A DNA stretch of 44,435 nt, taken from positions 1-44,435 of the IMG/VR virus record IMGVR_UViG_3300021476_000009; one strand, 5' to 3'. The number at the start of each line of letters is the position of its first letter. Position 1 is the first letter of the stretch. The stretch comes from a virus. Lineage: Duplodnaviria; Caudoviricetes. Below are positions 27,081 to 36,346 of the stretch, piece by piece. The position numbers were made by a program, and so were the translations under genes. Below the pieces are notes generated by a model. It did no database searches. It saw nothing but the letters and a program-made list of their open reading frames with translations, and was not told the DNA's origin.

Positions 27081-27138
27081 GGGCTACTCTACTGCCAACA
27101 ACTATCTACGAATCACGAATCACGCAATAGAGTAGCCC
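27081..27138 (-). promoter_or_regulatory. Hairpin just upstream of the nozzle start codon
   Basis: GGGCTACTCTATTGC...GCAGTAGAGTAGCCC on the - strand (15 bp, one U-G pair). Confidence 0.65.
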
Positions 27139-27163
27139 ATCTCTAGTTACTCTTAGTTAATTA

Positions 27164-27973
27164 CTAGAACCCCTGATTAAGAATTCTATATCTGCACTCC
27201 CAAGCAATAGTACCAGCCGCAGTACCAGGCTGTGTAGGAGCGGCAGCAGAAACGAGATTAATGGATTGGTTGCCAACAATAGGTGTGGCCGCAGCGGCTA
27301 ATGGAACAAAGTAAATTCCCTTATTAGCAGCGGCACCTACAGAGTTGGCATATGAAATAAGACCAGTGATAGCGGCTCCACCGGCACCCCAGTTAAGTGT
27401 GATATTACCACCACCAGTATAAGCAGCAGTAGCAAACGTATAGTACAAGCCAAAGTCAATAAGCTCAAGTGCTAAGTTAGCTCCAGGAGCAGCAACAATA
27501 ACTACACCATTAGTACTACCTAGCTGTCCAGCGCCTGTTCCAGTAATATTAGCAGACGTAATAGAACCAGTTACCTGTTGGACTAGACCAGTTGCAATTT
27601 TACCAGTAGTAACAGCATTAGCACCGATAGTAGTAACACCAGCATTGCTAATTGTTACGTCACCAGAAGGAGTGACTGGAGTAGCAACGTTACTAGCATT
27701 TCCAACTAGAATCTGACCTGAAGTTAGTGCAAAGCTATTTGAACCAATATTAGTCCAAGTTGGAGATGCTGCAGTATTAGTGTTCATGTAAAGGTTGCCG
27801 TTAGTTACATCGATTAACAGCGTTCCTTTACCTGCCTGAGTAGCTCCAGTACCAGATGTACCGCTAGTAGGAGCTCCTGCACTTACTAGAACAGCAATTC
27901 CATTGTTTGACATTCTCCGCAGCCAAGACCATGGATTATAGATCGCAAAACCGACATCTGTTGTAGTTGGCAT
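27164..27973 (-). CDS. Virion structural (fibre/decoration-like) protein
   Basis: T/G/A-rich; SGDVTISNAGVTTIGANAVT fibre-type repeat; GGAGG SD. Confidence 0.7.
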   Translation of the reverse strand: MPTTTDVGFAIYNPWSWLRRMSNNGIAVLVSAGAPTSGTSGTGATQAGKGTLLIDVTNGNLYMNTNTAASPTWTNIGSNSFALTSGQILVGNASNVATPVTPSGDVTISNAGVTTIGANAVTTGKIATGLVQQVTGSITSANITGTGAGQLGSTNGVVIVAAPGANLALELIDFGLYYTFATAAYTGGGNITLNWGAGGAAITGLISYANSVGAAANKGIYFVPLAAAATPIVGNQSINLVSAAAPTQPGTAAGTIAWECRYRILNQGF

Positions 27974-27977
27974 TTTT

Positions 27978-28017
27978 CCTCCGGCTTCATTAAGAAGCTA
28001 TCCTTTCGGACCAGAGA
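27978..28017 (-). promoter_or_regulatory. Three-way-junction RNA fold sequestering a Shine-Dalgarno sequence
   Basis: TCTCTG/CGGAGG, GTCC-GAAA-GGAT and GCTTC-TTAAT-GAAGC fill almost the whole intergenic gap. Confidence 0.65.
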
Positions 28018-28722
28018 TTACGCATATTGCCTTCTCTTATAAGAACTACGGAATGGCCTTCTCCTTGTAGTTGTAGATTGACGACCTTTAATACTGATTC
28101 CCAAACTCCTATCCATTGCTAATTCTGACTCACCAGCTAGTTCTTTAGCTCTAGTTGGATTCTCACCTACAAAGTTAGATAGGAGAGATGCAGTTTTATA
28201 TTCAAGAAAGCTAGCTGCATTAATAATATTAACCTGGTCAGTTCCATTAGTCTGTGTAAATGGGACAAATAAGTTACGAATATAGTCCATTTTAATATCA
28301 ATACTTGCACTAGCTGGCATAAATCTTAGCTGCTGACTCTCCCACACATACCAGATAAGCTGAGTATTTTCGACCCCTTCCATGTATCTTGGAAGATACT
28401 TTAGCCTGGCCATAGGAGTATATGGATCGATTCCAGTAATTCTCTCCCATAGGTACTGCGGCTCAATCATGTCAATTGGAAGAAATGGAGCTACTATTCC
28501 AAATCCAATTCGGTCATTGTTAGCTGGAAGGGTCATTACAGCGTCAGTTACCGTATCTGTTACAGGCATCTCATAGAGTTCAAATGTTTCTTGAAGCTCT
28601 TGTAATGCTATATTCAGATATGGCAGCTGGATCGTATACGAATAGATTGATTTAGCAGCGTCATTCATTAATGCTGCTGCACTATCCATTACCTGTCCGC
28701 TAGTTAGATCTGGTGTAGCCAT
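28018..28722 (-). CDS. Head-tail adaptor protein, putative
   Basis: Helical N-terminus (YLN.A..EL), beta middle and helical C-terminus; located between capsid and nozzle genes. Confidence 0.65.
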   Translation of the reverse strand: MATPDLTSGQVMDSAAALMNDAAKSIYSYTIQLPYLNIALQELQETFELYEMPVTDTVTDAVMTLPANNDRIGFGIVAPFLPIDMIEPQYLWERITGIDPYTPMARLKYLPRYMEGVENTQLIWYVWESQQLRFMPASASIDIKMDYIRNLFVPFTQTNGTDQVNIINAASFLEYKTASLLSNFVGENPTRAKELAGESELAMDRSLGISIKGRQSTTTRRRPFRSSYKRRQYA

Positions 28723-29402
28723 TATTTTGCAAACTCAATTCCAAGCAACTTAGCCCTAGCCGGATCAGCAATGGCTTTGCAAACCTGACAAATTGGAAAA
28801 TTAGGATCCCTTAACGCACCGCAAGCAATACACTTAACTTTTTCAATAGCAAGGAAATCAGCCATCCAATCTTTTGTAAGGCTTAACTCTCTTGCTGCCA
28901 TTCTAGCATCATCACCGATAACAATTGGATTGCCATTGCTCCTAGCCCAGAGGATATCGGTAAGTCTAACAATCACTTCGTACCACTTACGCTGCTTTGC
29001 TAATGCCTGATCTAGTAAATGCTTATACTTAGTCTTAATTTCAGAAACTAAAATTGAACCAGAGATGTAGAAAAGACCTGGCATTGCGTCATCCATGTTA
29101 CATGCAAACAAGCCGTTGCTATAATCCTTTACGACTGAATCAGCAATCTGAATTGCACTATTTGGGATCTCCAGTAGCGGCTGTTCATCATCAATTTCAC
29201 GCCACCAGCTACTTGGGCCAACAATCAAGCTTGAAGGTTTATCATATGACCCAGCTTCAATAATAAATCTTCCAGGTTGAATAGTAGGTTTAATTTCTTC
29301 AATCCTCTTTGGAAGGATACTAACAATAGTAGCCTTATCTAATGGATTAACAGGCGCTCTGATTGTTCTACGCCGTTCATTCAAAATAGCAGAAAATGAC
29401 AT
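28722..29402 (-). CDS. Hypothetical protein with C-terminal Zn ribbon
   Basis: CIACG...ICQVC. Confidence 0.8.
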   Translation of the reverse strand: MSFSAILNERRRTIRAPVNPLDKATIVSILPKRIEEIKPTIQPGRFIIEAGSYDKPSSLIVGPSSWWREIDDEQPLLEIPNSAIQIADSVVKDYSNGLFACNMDDAMPGLFYISGSILVSEIKTKYKHLLDQALAKQRKWYEVIVRLTDILWARSNGNPIVIGDDARMAARELSLTKDWMADFLAIEKVKCIACGALRDPNFPICQVCKAIADPARAKLLGIEFAK

Positions 29403-29986
29403 CAGACTTCTCCATTACCCTTTTTCAGGTAGTTTTGGGGCACAATAATAGTTTCACCTGTTATGGTCGTGCCCATTAGACCACTTTCATCTCCAAATAG
29501 CTCTTCAACGATCGTATCTATCTTCTGCTTATGTAACTCTAGTGCTTCCTCCTGAGTCGAATCTGGATCTTTATATCTAGCTAGATGACTACCATGTTTA
29601 ACCGCATATACAGTATCAATAATTAGCTTGATTGGCTCCCACTTTGGTGGAAGATAGTTATGATTTCTACCTTCAAACACCCACAGCGGCTCATAGCTAA
29701 CTTTAACATCAGGTAGATCTAATACGTTAATTATTGGCACTGCAACGAGTTGCTCTAACACAAATTTCTGATGAATCCATTGTTTGTATTTTGGGACAAG
29801 TCTAGTCTCTTTAACTTGTCTAATGAAGATTCCGGCTGGTGAGATATCATCATAAATTCCATAACGCTGTTCAAGCTGGTCTTCTGACCAGACAACTCTC
29901 CAGATCGGCATTGAAGTGCTTGTATCAATACCATAATGCTCAACTAGTCTTTGATTAAGCATCTCAATCGTTTCTGTGAGTTCCAT
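29402..29986 (-). CDS. Hypothetical protein
   Basis: 194-aa ORF, translationally coupled to both neighbours. Confidence 0.8.
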   Translation of the reverse strand: MELTETIEMLNQRLVEHYGIDTSTSMPIWRVVWSEDQLEQRYGIYDDISPAGIFIRQVKETRLVPKYKQWIHQKFVLEQLVAVPIINVLDLPDVKVSYEPLWVFEGRNHNYLPPKWEPIKLIIDTVYAVKHGSHLARYKDPDSTQEEALELHKQKIDTIVEELFGDESGLMGTTITGETIIVPQNYLKKGNGEV

Positions 29987-30195
29987 TATACAAATACCAC
30001 AAAAAGCATCATTTCACCGGTAAATTCACCATCTTTGTCTTTGACTGCAAAGAAAGTTCTCCCATCTATCTGATAAAGTTCTATCTTTTTATGCTTAACA
30101 ACATCAAATTGCTCAGGAGTAAGCTTAATCCCATAATATGGAGTAGTTCCTAATCCAAATTCATCTTCAGATGCAAACTTACTTTCAATGCTCAT
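29986..30195 (-). CDS. Hypothetical protein
   Basis: 69-aa ORF directly downstream of the predicted pseudoknot. Confidence 0.65.
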   Translation of the reverse strand: MSIESKFASEDEFGLGTTPYYGIKLTPEQFDVVKHKKIELYQIDGRTFFAVKDKDGEFTGEMMLFVVFV

Positions 30196-30203
30196 AAAAT
30201 TTA

Positions 30204-30258
30204 TTGCTGGTTCCTTTTACTAGTATCCTACCCTGAGCCAGCAAGGGGATAGGACTAG
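30204..30258 (-). promoter_or_regulatory. Predicted H-type RNA pseudoknot in the leader of 29986-30195
   Basis: Stem 1 is CTAGTCCTA.CCC/GGGTAGG..ACTAG; the loop TTGCTGG pairs with downstream CCAGCAA. Confidence 0.6.
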
Positions 30259-30286
30259 CCAATTTTAGGACCTAACTAAGAATTAA

Positions 30287-30598
30287 CTACACCTTACCAA
30301 CCCAGTACTTTGCTGATGATGGATCATAGACCAGTCTCACTGGAACATTCTGCACTGGCTGAGCGACACGTTGAATATTACCAGACGTCAAAAATGCTCC
30401 GGGAGAACCATTAGTGAAGATTAGAATAATTTCATGATATCCAGTCACATATGGAGTAACTGTAGCAACCTGAACCGTTCCAGTTACAAATGTGCAGCGG
30501 GTTGTTGGAGCAATAGTAGCCGCTGATGCAATTGTAGGAGGAAACGGCTGAAGTTGACTTTGAACAGTTGACAAGTTCTGTGAGAGAAGATCAGGCAT
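30287..30598 (-). CDS. Capsid decoration-like protein
   Basis: Small beta-rich protein right after the major capsid gene. Confidence 0.55.
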   Translation of the reverse strand: MPDLLSQNLSTVQSQLQPFPPTIASAATIAPTTRCTFVTGTVQVATVTPYVTGYHEIILIFTNGSPGAFLTSGNIQRVAQPVQNVPVRLVYDPSSAKYWVGKV

Positions 30599-30607
30599 GA
30601 TTCCCCC

Positions 30608-31864
30608 TTAGTATCCAGCCGGAACGGCCAGAGTATCAATATAAGCTGTAGCAGCAGGGTTGTTAACGAATGTCTGCATGCCATTTACCATATAGAAGAT
30701 ATCAGCAGAAGCAACTCCACCAGAAGAACTTCTGATTTCGAAGATTCTGCGTCCATCTGTTGTATAGAATCCAATTGGAAGGATTTCGCCTCTGCCCCAA
30801 ACTTCATCAGCAACGAAATCAATACGGGTTTTATCCCATGAAAAACTAGGTCTATCAGGACATCCAGCAAACTGCATACGATCAAAATACATATTCAGGT
30901 TGCCTTCTGACTGATTTTGATTCTCCTGCTTAATCATGATAACAGCCTGTCCAATATCTTCATAGGCTTGCTTTTGGGCAGGATGCAACCATGCATTAGG
31001 CTTGAAGTTATTATCAATGCCAACACGATTACCAATGGCATTAACGGCTAGCCTTGGCAATGGTAGTGACAAAGAAGCTGATGCCGCATTAACTCTATTG
31101 CTTCTGATTTCTGGGGTTGAAGAACGGCTAAACCCAAGCCAAGTACCTGACGAAGCATTAGAGTGATGATACGGAATACCATACAAGCCTGGCAGTGAAG
31201 CGGGAGAAGTAATACCAAGTGTGACAATCACATCAGTTGGTGTAGCTCCTGTAATTGATGGAGTCACATCAATTGACTTATTAGCAACATCCCACTTAGT
31301 AATAACACCCGAACCACGAAGTGTTGATAGGGTAGTATCAAATAACTGAATAGTCTGGCCATAACGGACTAAACGAGCACCAAATCCGTCAGTGCCAAGA
31401 GTATAGGTATCAACACCACCCGATGTGCTAACGGCTGAAACTACTCCAATCTGACCAGTACCAGATTGCATTAGCTGTGAATCAATCTGACGCCGTAATT
31501 CATCTAACGCTGTCGCTGTGAGTCTTCGAACAGCGTTAGTAATAGCCTTACGGTCATTATCAGTTGACCACTGAGTCAGCTTAGTATATTCAATGTTCTC
31601 TGATACGAATACTGAGGTTAGAGTCGCTTTATCCCAAGTCGGGCCGCCTCCACGTCCTAAATCTCCACCATTTGGATCAAAATATTGGAAAGATCCACCC
31701 GGTCTCAATTCTAGTGGAACACGCATTTGACGAGATGAAATAACTTCTACGTCACGCTTTTTAATAGTAGCGTAGAACCTATCATCTCTCTCAAACAGCA
31801 CCCGAATCTTAGGGATTACGCGCTCCAACTCTAGAGCTGTAACCTGAGATTCAACTACTGCCAT
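30608..31864 (-). CDS. Major capsid protein
   Basis: 418 aa, after the scaffold gene; AGGAG SD; size and composition fit an HK97-fold capsid protein. Confidence 0.8.
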   Translation of the reverse strand: MAVVESQVTALELERVIPKIRVLFERDDRFYATIKKRDVEVISSRQMRVPLELRPGGSFQYFDPNGGDLGRGGGPTWDKATLTSVFVSENIEYTKLTQWSTDNDRKAITNAVRRLTATALDELRRQIDSQLMQSGTGQIGVVSAVSTSGGVDTYTLGTDGFGARLVRYGQTIQLFDTTLSTLRGSGVITKWDVANKSIDVTPSITGATPTDVIVTLGITSPASLPGLYGIPYHHSNASSGTWLGFSRSSTPEIRSNRVNAASASLSLPLPRLAVNAIGNRVGIDNNFKPNAWLHPAQKQAYEDIGQAVIMIKQENQNQSEGNLNMYFDRMQFAGCPDRPSFSWDKTRIDFVADEVWGRGEILPIGFYTTDGRRIFEIRSSSGGVASADIFYMVNGMQTFVNNPAATAYIDTLAVPAGY

Positions 31865-31874
31865 TTTTAGACTC

Positions 31875-33179
31875 CTAATCCTGCATTAAGAAATCGATTG
31901 ATCTCATTCCTTTCGGAATGTCTTTTGCACTAGTAATAGCTTTACTAGTTGTTTTGCGCTCTCTTACCTGTGGAGCAGAGCGACGCTCATTCTTTTCGTT
32001 GGATTCAGATTCTTCAGCTTCTTCTGAATCATCCTTCACACGCTTACCAATACCCTTCAAAGCTTCATTTCTGGCCTGTTTAATGACTGCAGGCAACAGT
32101 GTCTTTGCTTTAGATAGATAAGCTTTTCGGATATTCTCCTTCGATGAGTCGTCGAAGTTATTGCTAAAAGCTTTCTCCCAAAGTTTATCCAACAATATTT
32201 TAAATCTTGAATCTTTATCAATCAAAGAGACTAATGTCTCATATGCCTCGTTGCTAGCGGCTTTCTTGACATACGGAGTCATTGCATCTTTGAGATCAAT
32301 ATTTGCAGCAATTGTAGCCTTAATCGAATTGCCAACTCGTGAATTCAAGCCATCACGAGTATTTTCAAAATCTCTACGACGTGACTCGGATCTTTCTTTT
32401 TCGAATTTAGTTCTTTCTTCGTCAACCGGATCCGGTTTATCAGAACTTAATCTTGTAGGTGGCTGAAAGTTACTTGAGCCAAATACAAATTGATTTAGAA
32501 TAGTAGCAGCGCTTTGTAACGCTTCATTGTTGCTACTTCTAGACTCTTGAACCATTGCTGAAATCGTAGTTCTAATAATGTTACCAATCACATGCTGAGA
32601 TGATTTCTCGTCAATCTCACTTAGAACTTTAAGATAGTTATCTACAACTCTATCAAAGTTCTTTGGAGATTCATCTTTAATAGTCTGCAATGCAACTGCT
32701 AGGTTGCCATCTCTCAAATCTGATTCATATTGTTTCAGAGTTTTTGAGTCCTCAACAGCTTCTTTAGCTTCATCAATCGTAGGAAACATCTCAGTGAATT
32801 GTCTCTCACGATAATAAGCCTTTTCAAGATATGGAAATTCCTTAAATACATTTGGATACTTCTTGAGAATTTCTCGTCTAGAAACTGGAGTTGTAAATTC
32901 TAGTTTTTCCTCTTCTGGCTCTTCTAACTCTTCTTCAATTTCTTTTAACTCTTCCTCTCCTTCGGAGAGTTCCTCTTTTTCTTCTCCTTCAGTCTTTTCA
33001 TCTTTATCATCAGATTTCTTATCACCTTTAGGTTTATCTAATTCAATTTTCTCTCCTTCAGAGTCATCGTTCAAAAACTCAATGATTTCTTCTTTACCAA
33101 GTTCTGCAATTCCAGCTCCTGAAATTTTATCTTCAGGAGACATTAAAGGATATGTTAAATTAGTGAACTGTTTGTACAT
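31875..33179 (-). CDS. Scaffolding protein, putative
   Basis: Highly acidic, helical protein between portal and capsid genes. The ATG at 33179 has a GGGAG SD. Confidence 0.7.
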   Translation of the reverse strand: MYKQFTNLTYPLMSPEDKISGAGIAELGKEEIIEFLNDDSEGEKIELDKPKGDKKSDDKDEKTEGEEKEELSEGEEELKEIEEELEEPEEEKLEFTTPVSRREILKKYPNVFKEFPYLEKAYYRERQFTEMFPTIDEAKEAVEDSKTLKQYESDLRDGNLAVALQTIKDESPKNFDRVVDNYLKVLSEIDEKSSQHVIGNIIRTTISAMVQESRSSNNEALQSAATILNQFVFGSSNFQPPTRLSSDKPDPVDEERTKFEKERSESRRRDFENTRDGLNSRVGNSIKATIAANIDLKDAMTPYVKKAASNEAYETLVSLIDKDSRFKILLDKLWEKAFSNNFDDSSKENIRKAYLSKAKTLLPAVIKQARNEALKGIGKRVKDDSEEAEESESNEKNERRSAPQVRERKTTSKAITSAKDIPKGMRSIDFLMQD

Positions 33180-35478
33180 CACTCTCTCCCTGTATGGGTG
33201 CTGCTTGCATATCTGGTTTATTTGGCTTTTCTGGTGGCGGAGCACCTTTCGCCTTCGGTTGCTGTTGCTGCTGTTGCTGTTGTTCCTGTATAATCATCAT
33301 ATGAGCTTTGCCATGAAGTAATACATTCTTATATCCATCAGGATTTTCTGTTTTAGCTAGCCTCCCGGCTTCAGAAATGACCCACTTACGACAAATCTCA
33401 AATTCAATAGCATGATTGTCATAATCAGGATCAATTTCAACAGATGGAACTTCCTGACCTGTCATTGCATCATTAATTGGAGTTGAACTCAACAGAAGCT
33501 TAATTTCATCATACTGCTTAATCCTATCATCATCTCCCGGAATATAAACATCTTCAAGACCAATTGCTTCACGCATAATTCCAAGATTTTCAGGAGCAGA
33601 GATAAGTTGTATCACTTGAGGATTAGCATTCTGCAATAGCTGCATCCAAACATCTTTCTTTTGAGACCAAGTAAGAGGTAAGTTTTCATTGGCTTCTAAT
33701 TCAACCTTGCCAATCTTACCTTCCAACTCAGACTTTCGAATAAAGACGTTAATAAAGTTACCATCTGTATCTTTTTGAACGTCTTTCTCATCGTCCTTAA
33801 ATTCTTTCATTGCAAGTGGAATAACTTTACCAAAAATATTTTTCCACCACAATGTAAACATCTTCCAGGTATTATTTAGCCGTTGCATACCCTGTGCCCG
33901 TGACATGCTATATTGAGAAGCTGTCTCAGATGCACCAGGGCCTAAATTACCACCGAATATTGATGGAATTGCACCAGATACGAGTTGCCCCATTGACTGA
34001 ACTGACTCATTAAATGGCATTACTTCATCTGACAGAGTAGTTGTCCTAGATTCATAAAAGCCGTCACCTAGAGCTCTACCTGTCTTTGATTTAGCCGGAA
34101 ATACGCCGCCTGGTAATACTTCTGTTTGTTCATACGCGGTAAAGTCGAGAACAGCTGGATCTGCATAAGTCAATGGAACTCCATGTTCAATCGTCTGCAT
34201 AATTAATGATACTAGATCATTAGTAATTTCTTGAATTGATGTTAAGAGAGTTCCAATCGGATCATAATGAATATAGTTACTTAACGGATTATACGAAAGA
34301 GTCCAATCATCATCAAGGCTCTTATTCTCAGCCCAGACAACCTTATCATTCATTAGAATGACATGAGCTCCATTAGGATACTTCTTCCTGAGTTTTTTAG
34401 TATCATCATCATTTTTCAAAACGTTAAACTTTCCAGGTCTTAGCCATATATGCTTTTCAGTAACTACGTTAATTGGATACTCACCTTGATACTGAGTGCT
34501 AAGCCGTCCCCACTGTTCATATAAATCGTATGAACCTGGGTTATTCCCTGATGTAACTGTTTCAGCAAGCTCTTTATCTCCAGTTAACTCACAAACATAT
34601 TCCATTGCTAGAGAATAATCTCTCTCATATGAATAAATCAAATATGGGCATTCCTTTTGATTTCTAGCATAGTTTGGAACTTTAACGTTTAAGCCACCAA
34701 ACGATTCAATACAAATGCGAGATTTAGGAAGTGTAGTGTGACCAACTAACCTCGTGACTACGAATGACTCTTGGCTAATCTCTGGAACAATCTGAGAAGC
34801 ACAATTTGGGCAGATATCGCCTTCGTTTTGAAGTAAATCTTGAATTGGAACATCTGAGTCATCAACACCAGCTTTATCCTTCTCTTGATCGATGATATTA
34901 TCGGGCCCCATTATTTGATCATTAAGAACCATTCCGCAGTTTGGACACTTGCTAATCTGGTGATTCTCAGTTACATCCTCATTTTTATCAATAGTATAAG
35001 TTCCAAATTCTTCAGATTTAACTGGACGATGATAAGCCGCAACGAGTCCTTCAGTGCAGTAAATAAACATCGAATGAAGCCAAAGGAGAGGAACGTCATT
35101 ATGACGATAAATTAATGCAGCAGTTTTATCTCCTGCCTTAGCCGTTGTCAAGTCTAATGGATTGTCGGCATCATCAGGATAACATTTTACTGGAGGAACA
35201 GTAACAGACAGAGCAGCAATAATAGACTCAAGATAGGCCCTGAAAACATTAACAGGGCGATCATAATAAGATTGATCAGTCTGTTGGTCCTGTTCCTGGT
35301 CCCAAATTCTCCAGTCATGTGCTACTTCAGAGTACCAAACTCTCTGAAATCCCTCCCAAAACAATTTTAAACGGCGCCAAGTTCTGATCTGTCGTTCACG
35401 CACAGCTCTATCTTCATTGTTGCAGTCGTCTACAACAGCCTTAAGCATCCGAGAGATATCTTCAGAAATTTTTGCCAT
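33160..35478 (-). CDS. Portal protein
   Basis: About 770 aa, downstream of terL, with a Q/P-rich C-terminal tail. Probable start is MAKISED at 35478. Contains a CPNC...CPNC insertion. Confidence 0.8.
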   Translation of the reverse strand: MAKISEDISRMLKAVVDDCNNEDRAVRERQIRTWRRLKLFWEGFQRVWYSEVAHDWRIWDQEQDQQTDQSYYDRPVNVFRAYLESIIAALSVTVPPVKCYPDDADNPLDLTTAKAGDKTAALIYRHNDVPLLWLHSMFIYCTEGLVAAYHRPVKSEEFGTYTIDKNEDVTENHQISKCPNCGMVLNDQIMGPDNIIDQEKDKAGVDDSDVPIQDLLQNEGDICPNCASQIVPEISQESFVVTRLVGHTTLPKSRICIESFGGLNVKVPNYARNQKECPYLIYSYERDYSLAMEYVCELTGDKELAETVTSGNNPGSYDLYEQWGRLSTQYQGEYPINVVTEKHIWLRPGKFNVLKNDDDTKKLRKKYPNGAHVILMNDKVVWAENKSLDDDWTLSYNPLSNYIHYDPIGTLLTSIQEITNDLVSLIMQTIEHGVPLTYADPAVLDFTAYEQTEVLPGGVFPAKSKTGRALGDGFYESRTTTLSDEVMPFNESVQSMGQLVSGAIPSIFGGNLGPGASETASQYSMSRAQGMQRLNNTWKMFTLWWKNIFGKVIPLAMKEFKDDEKDVQKDTDGNFINVFIRKSELEGKIGKVELEANENLPLTWSQKKDVWMQLLQNANPQVIQLISAPENLGIMREAIGLEDVYIPGDDDRIKQYDEIKLLLSSTPINDAMTGQEVPSVEIDPDYDNHAIEFEICRKWVISEAGRLAKTENPDGYKNVLLHGKAHMMIIQEQQQQQQQQPKAKGAPPPEKPNKPDMQAAPIQGESDVQTVH

Positions 35479-35620
35479 TAAACTTAGTAGTTTTGTTGTT
35501 ATTCGTCTTATTATTGAATTTAGCCAGAGCACTCTGAGATGGACCAATATTCATCATCTTATTGATTTTCTTTAAGATATTTGGACCACCCTTAATTTTA
35601 ACTTTAACTTTGGTCTTCAT
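35462..35620 (-). CDS. Small basic protein (52 aa; not in ORF track)
   Basis: MKTKVKVKIKGGPNILKKINKMM...; ATGA overlap with the upstream gene. Confidence 0.5.
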   Translation of the reverse strand: MKTKVKVKIKGGPNILKKINKMMNIGPSQSALAKFNNKTNNNKTTKFNGKNF

Positions 35621-35970
35621 TTCATTCCCTTCTTGCTCGTTACTTTGCTAGAAGGTCCAACTAAATCTCGTGCGTTCGCCGTCGCGTAAAATACCTGTTT
35701 ACCCTTTTTAGCCCCATATCTCTTTTTCATAGATGACATAACTTTATTGCCAGAGCCTTTATAATAACCTGAGATTGGCATGGATGAACTTCCTTTTTCG
35801 TAAAAATTACAGCAACCCTCTGCATTTACCTTGTCAGTTCCAAGTTCCCTCTTAAGCTGTGGCTTTGTGCATCTACTATCAGCTGTGAAATACTTACAAT
35901 TAGAACATTTAAATGGCCCCTGCTCTGGAGGTTGATAAACAGCTGGTGTATTAGCTGGCGTCTGTACCAT
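35617..35970 (-). CDS. HiPIP-like Cys domain fused to a small basic domain
   Basis: CSNC-x8-C-x17-GCC, then MPISGYY...MKKRYGAKKGKQVFYATAN. Confidence 0.55.
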   Translation of the reverse strand: MVQTPANTPAVYQPPEQGPFKCSNCKYFTADSRCTKPQLKRELGTDKVNAEGCCNFYEKGSSSMPISGYYKGSGNKVMSSMKKRYGAKKGKQVFYATANARDLVGPSSKVTSKKGMK

Positions 35971-36346
35971 TCAGATCTTTCGAGCTAATGACGCCTAGTT
36001 CTTTTTCAATTTCCTCGACAGATTGAGATTTTTGAGCTTGATTTAGCTCCATGTCTCTAATAATTTTAGCCTTTTCTCTGTCTTCAGCCTCTAGCATCTG
36101 CCGCCTAATATTCCAAGCGATACTAGAACTTCTTTTAATAGGCTTTAGATCTCTAGTATCAATAGTCTTTTCAGGCTCAGGTTCTCTTAAAATTCTATTT
36201 AGTAATTTATCGTTTTCATTCCTAAGCCTTTCAATCTCTAACTTCAAAATCTCACACGAATCACAGATCTCAGATTCTTCTCTTTCCTCTTTACATTCAG
36301 GGCAATGAGGATTAAAAAGGTGATGCCACCAGTTAAATATACTCAT
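35951..36346 (-). CDS. Hypothetical coiled-coil protein with Cys motifs
   Basis: HCPEC and CDSC followed by heptad repeats. Confidence 0.75.
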   Translation of the reverse strand: MSIFNWWHHLFNPHCPECKEEREESEICDSCEILKLEIERLRNENDKLLNRILREPEPEKTIDTRDLKPIKRSSSIAWNIRRQMLEAEDREKAKIIRDMELNQAQKSQSVEEIEKELGVISSKDLNGTDAS

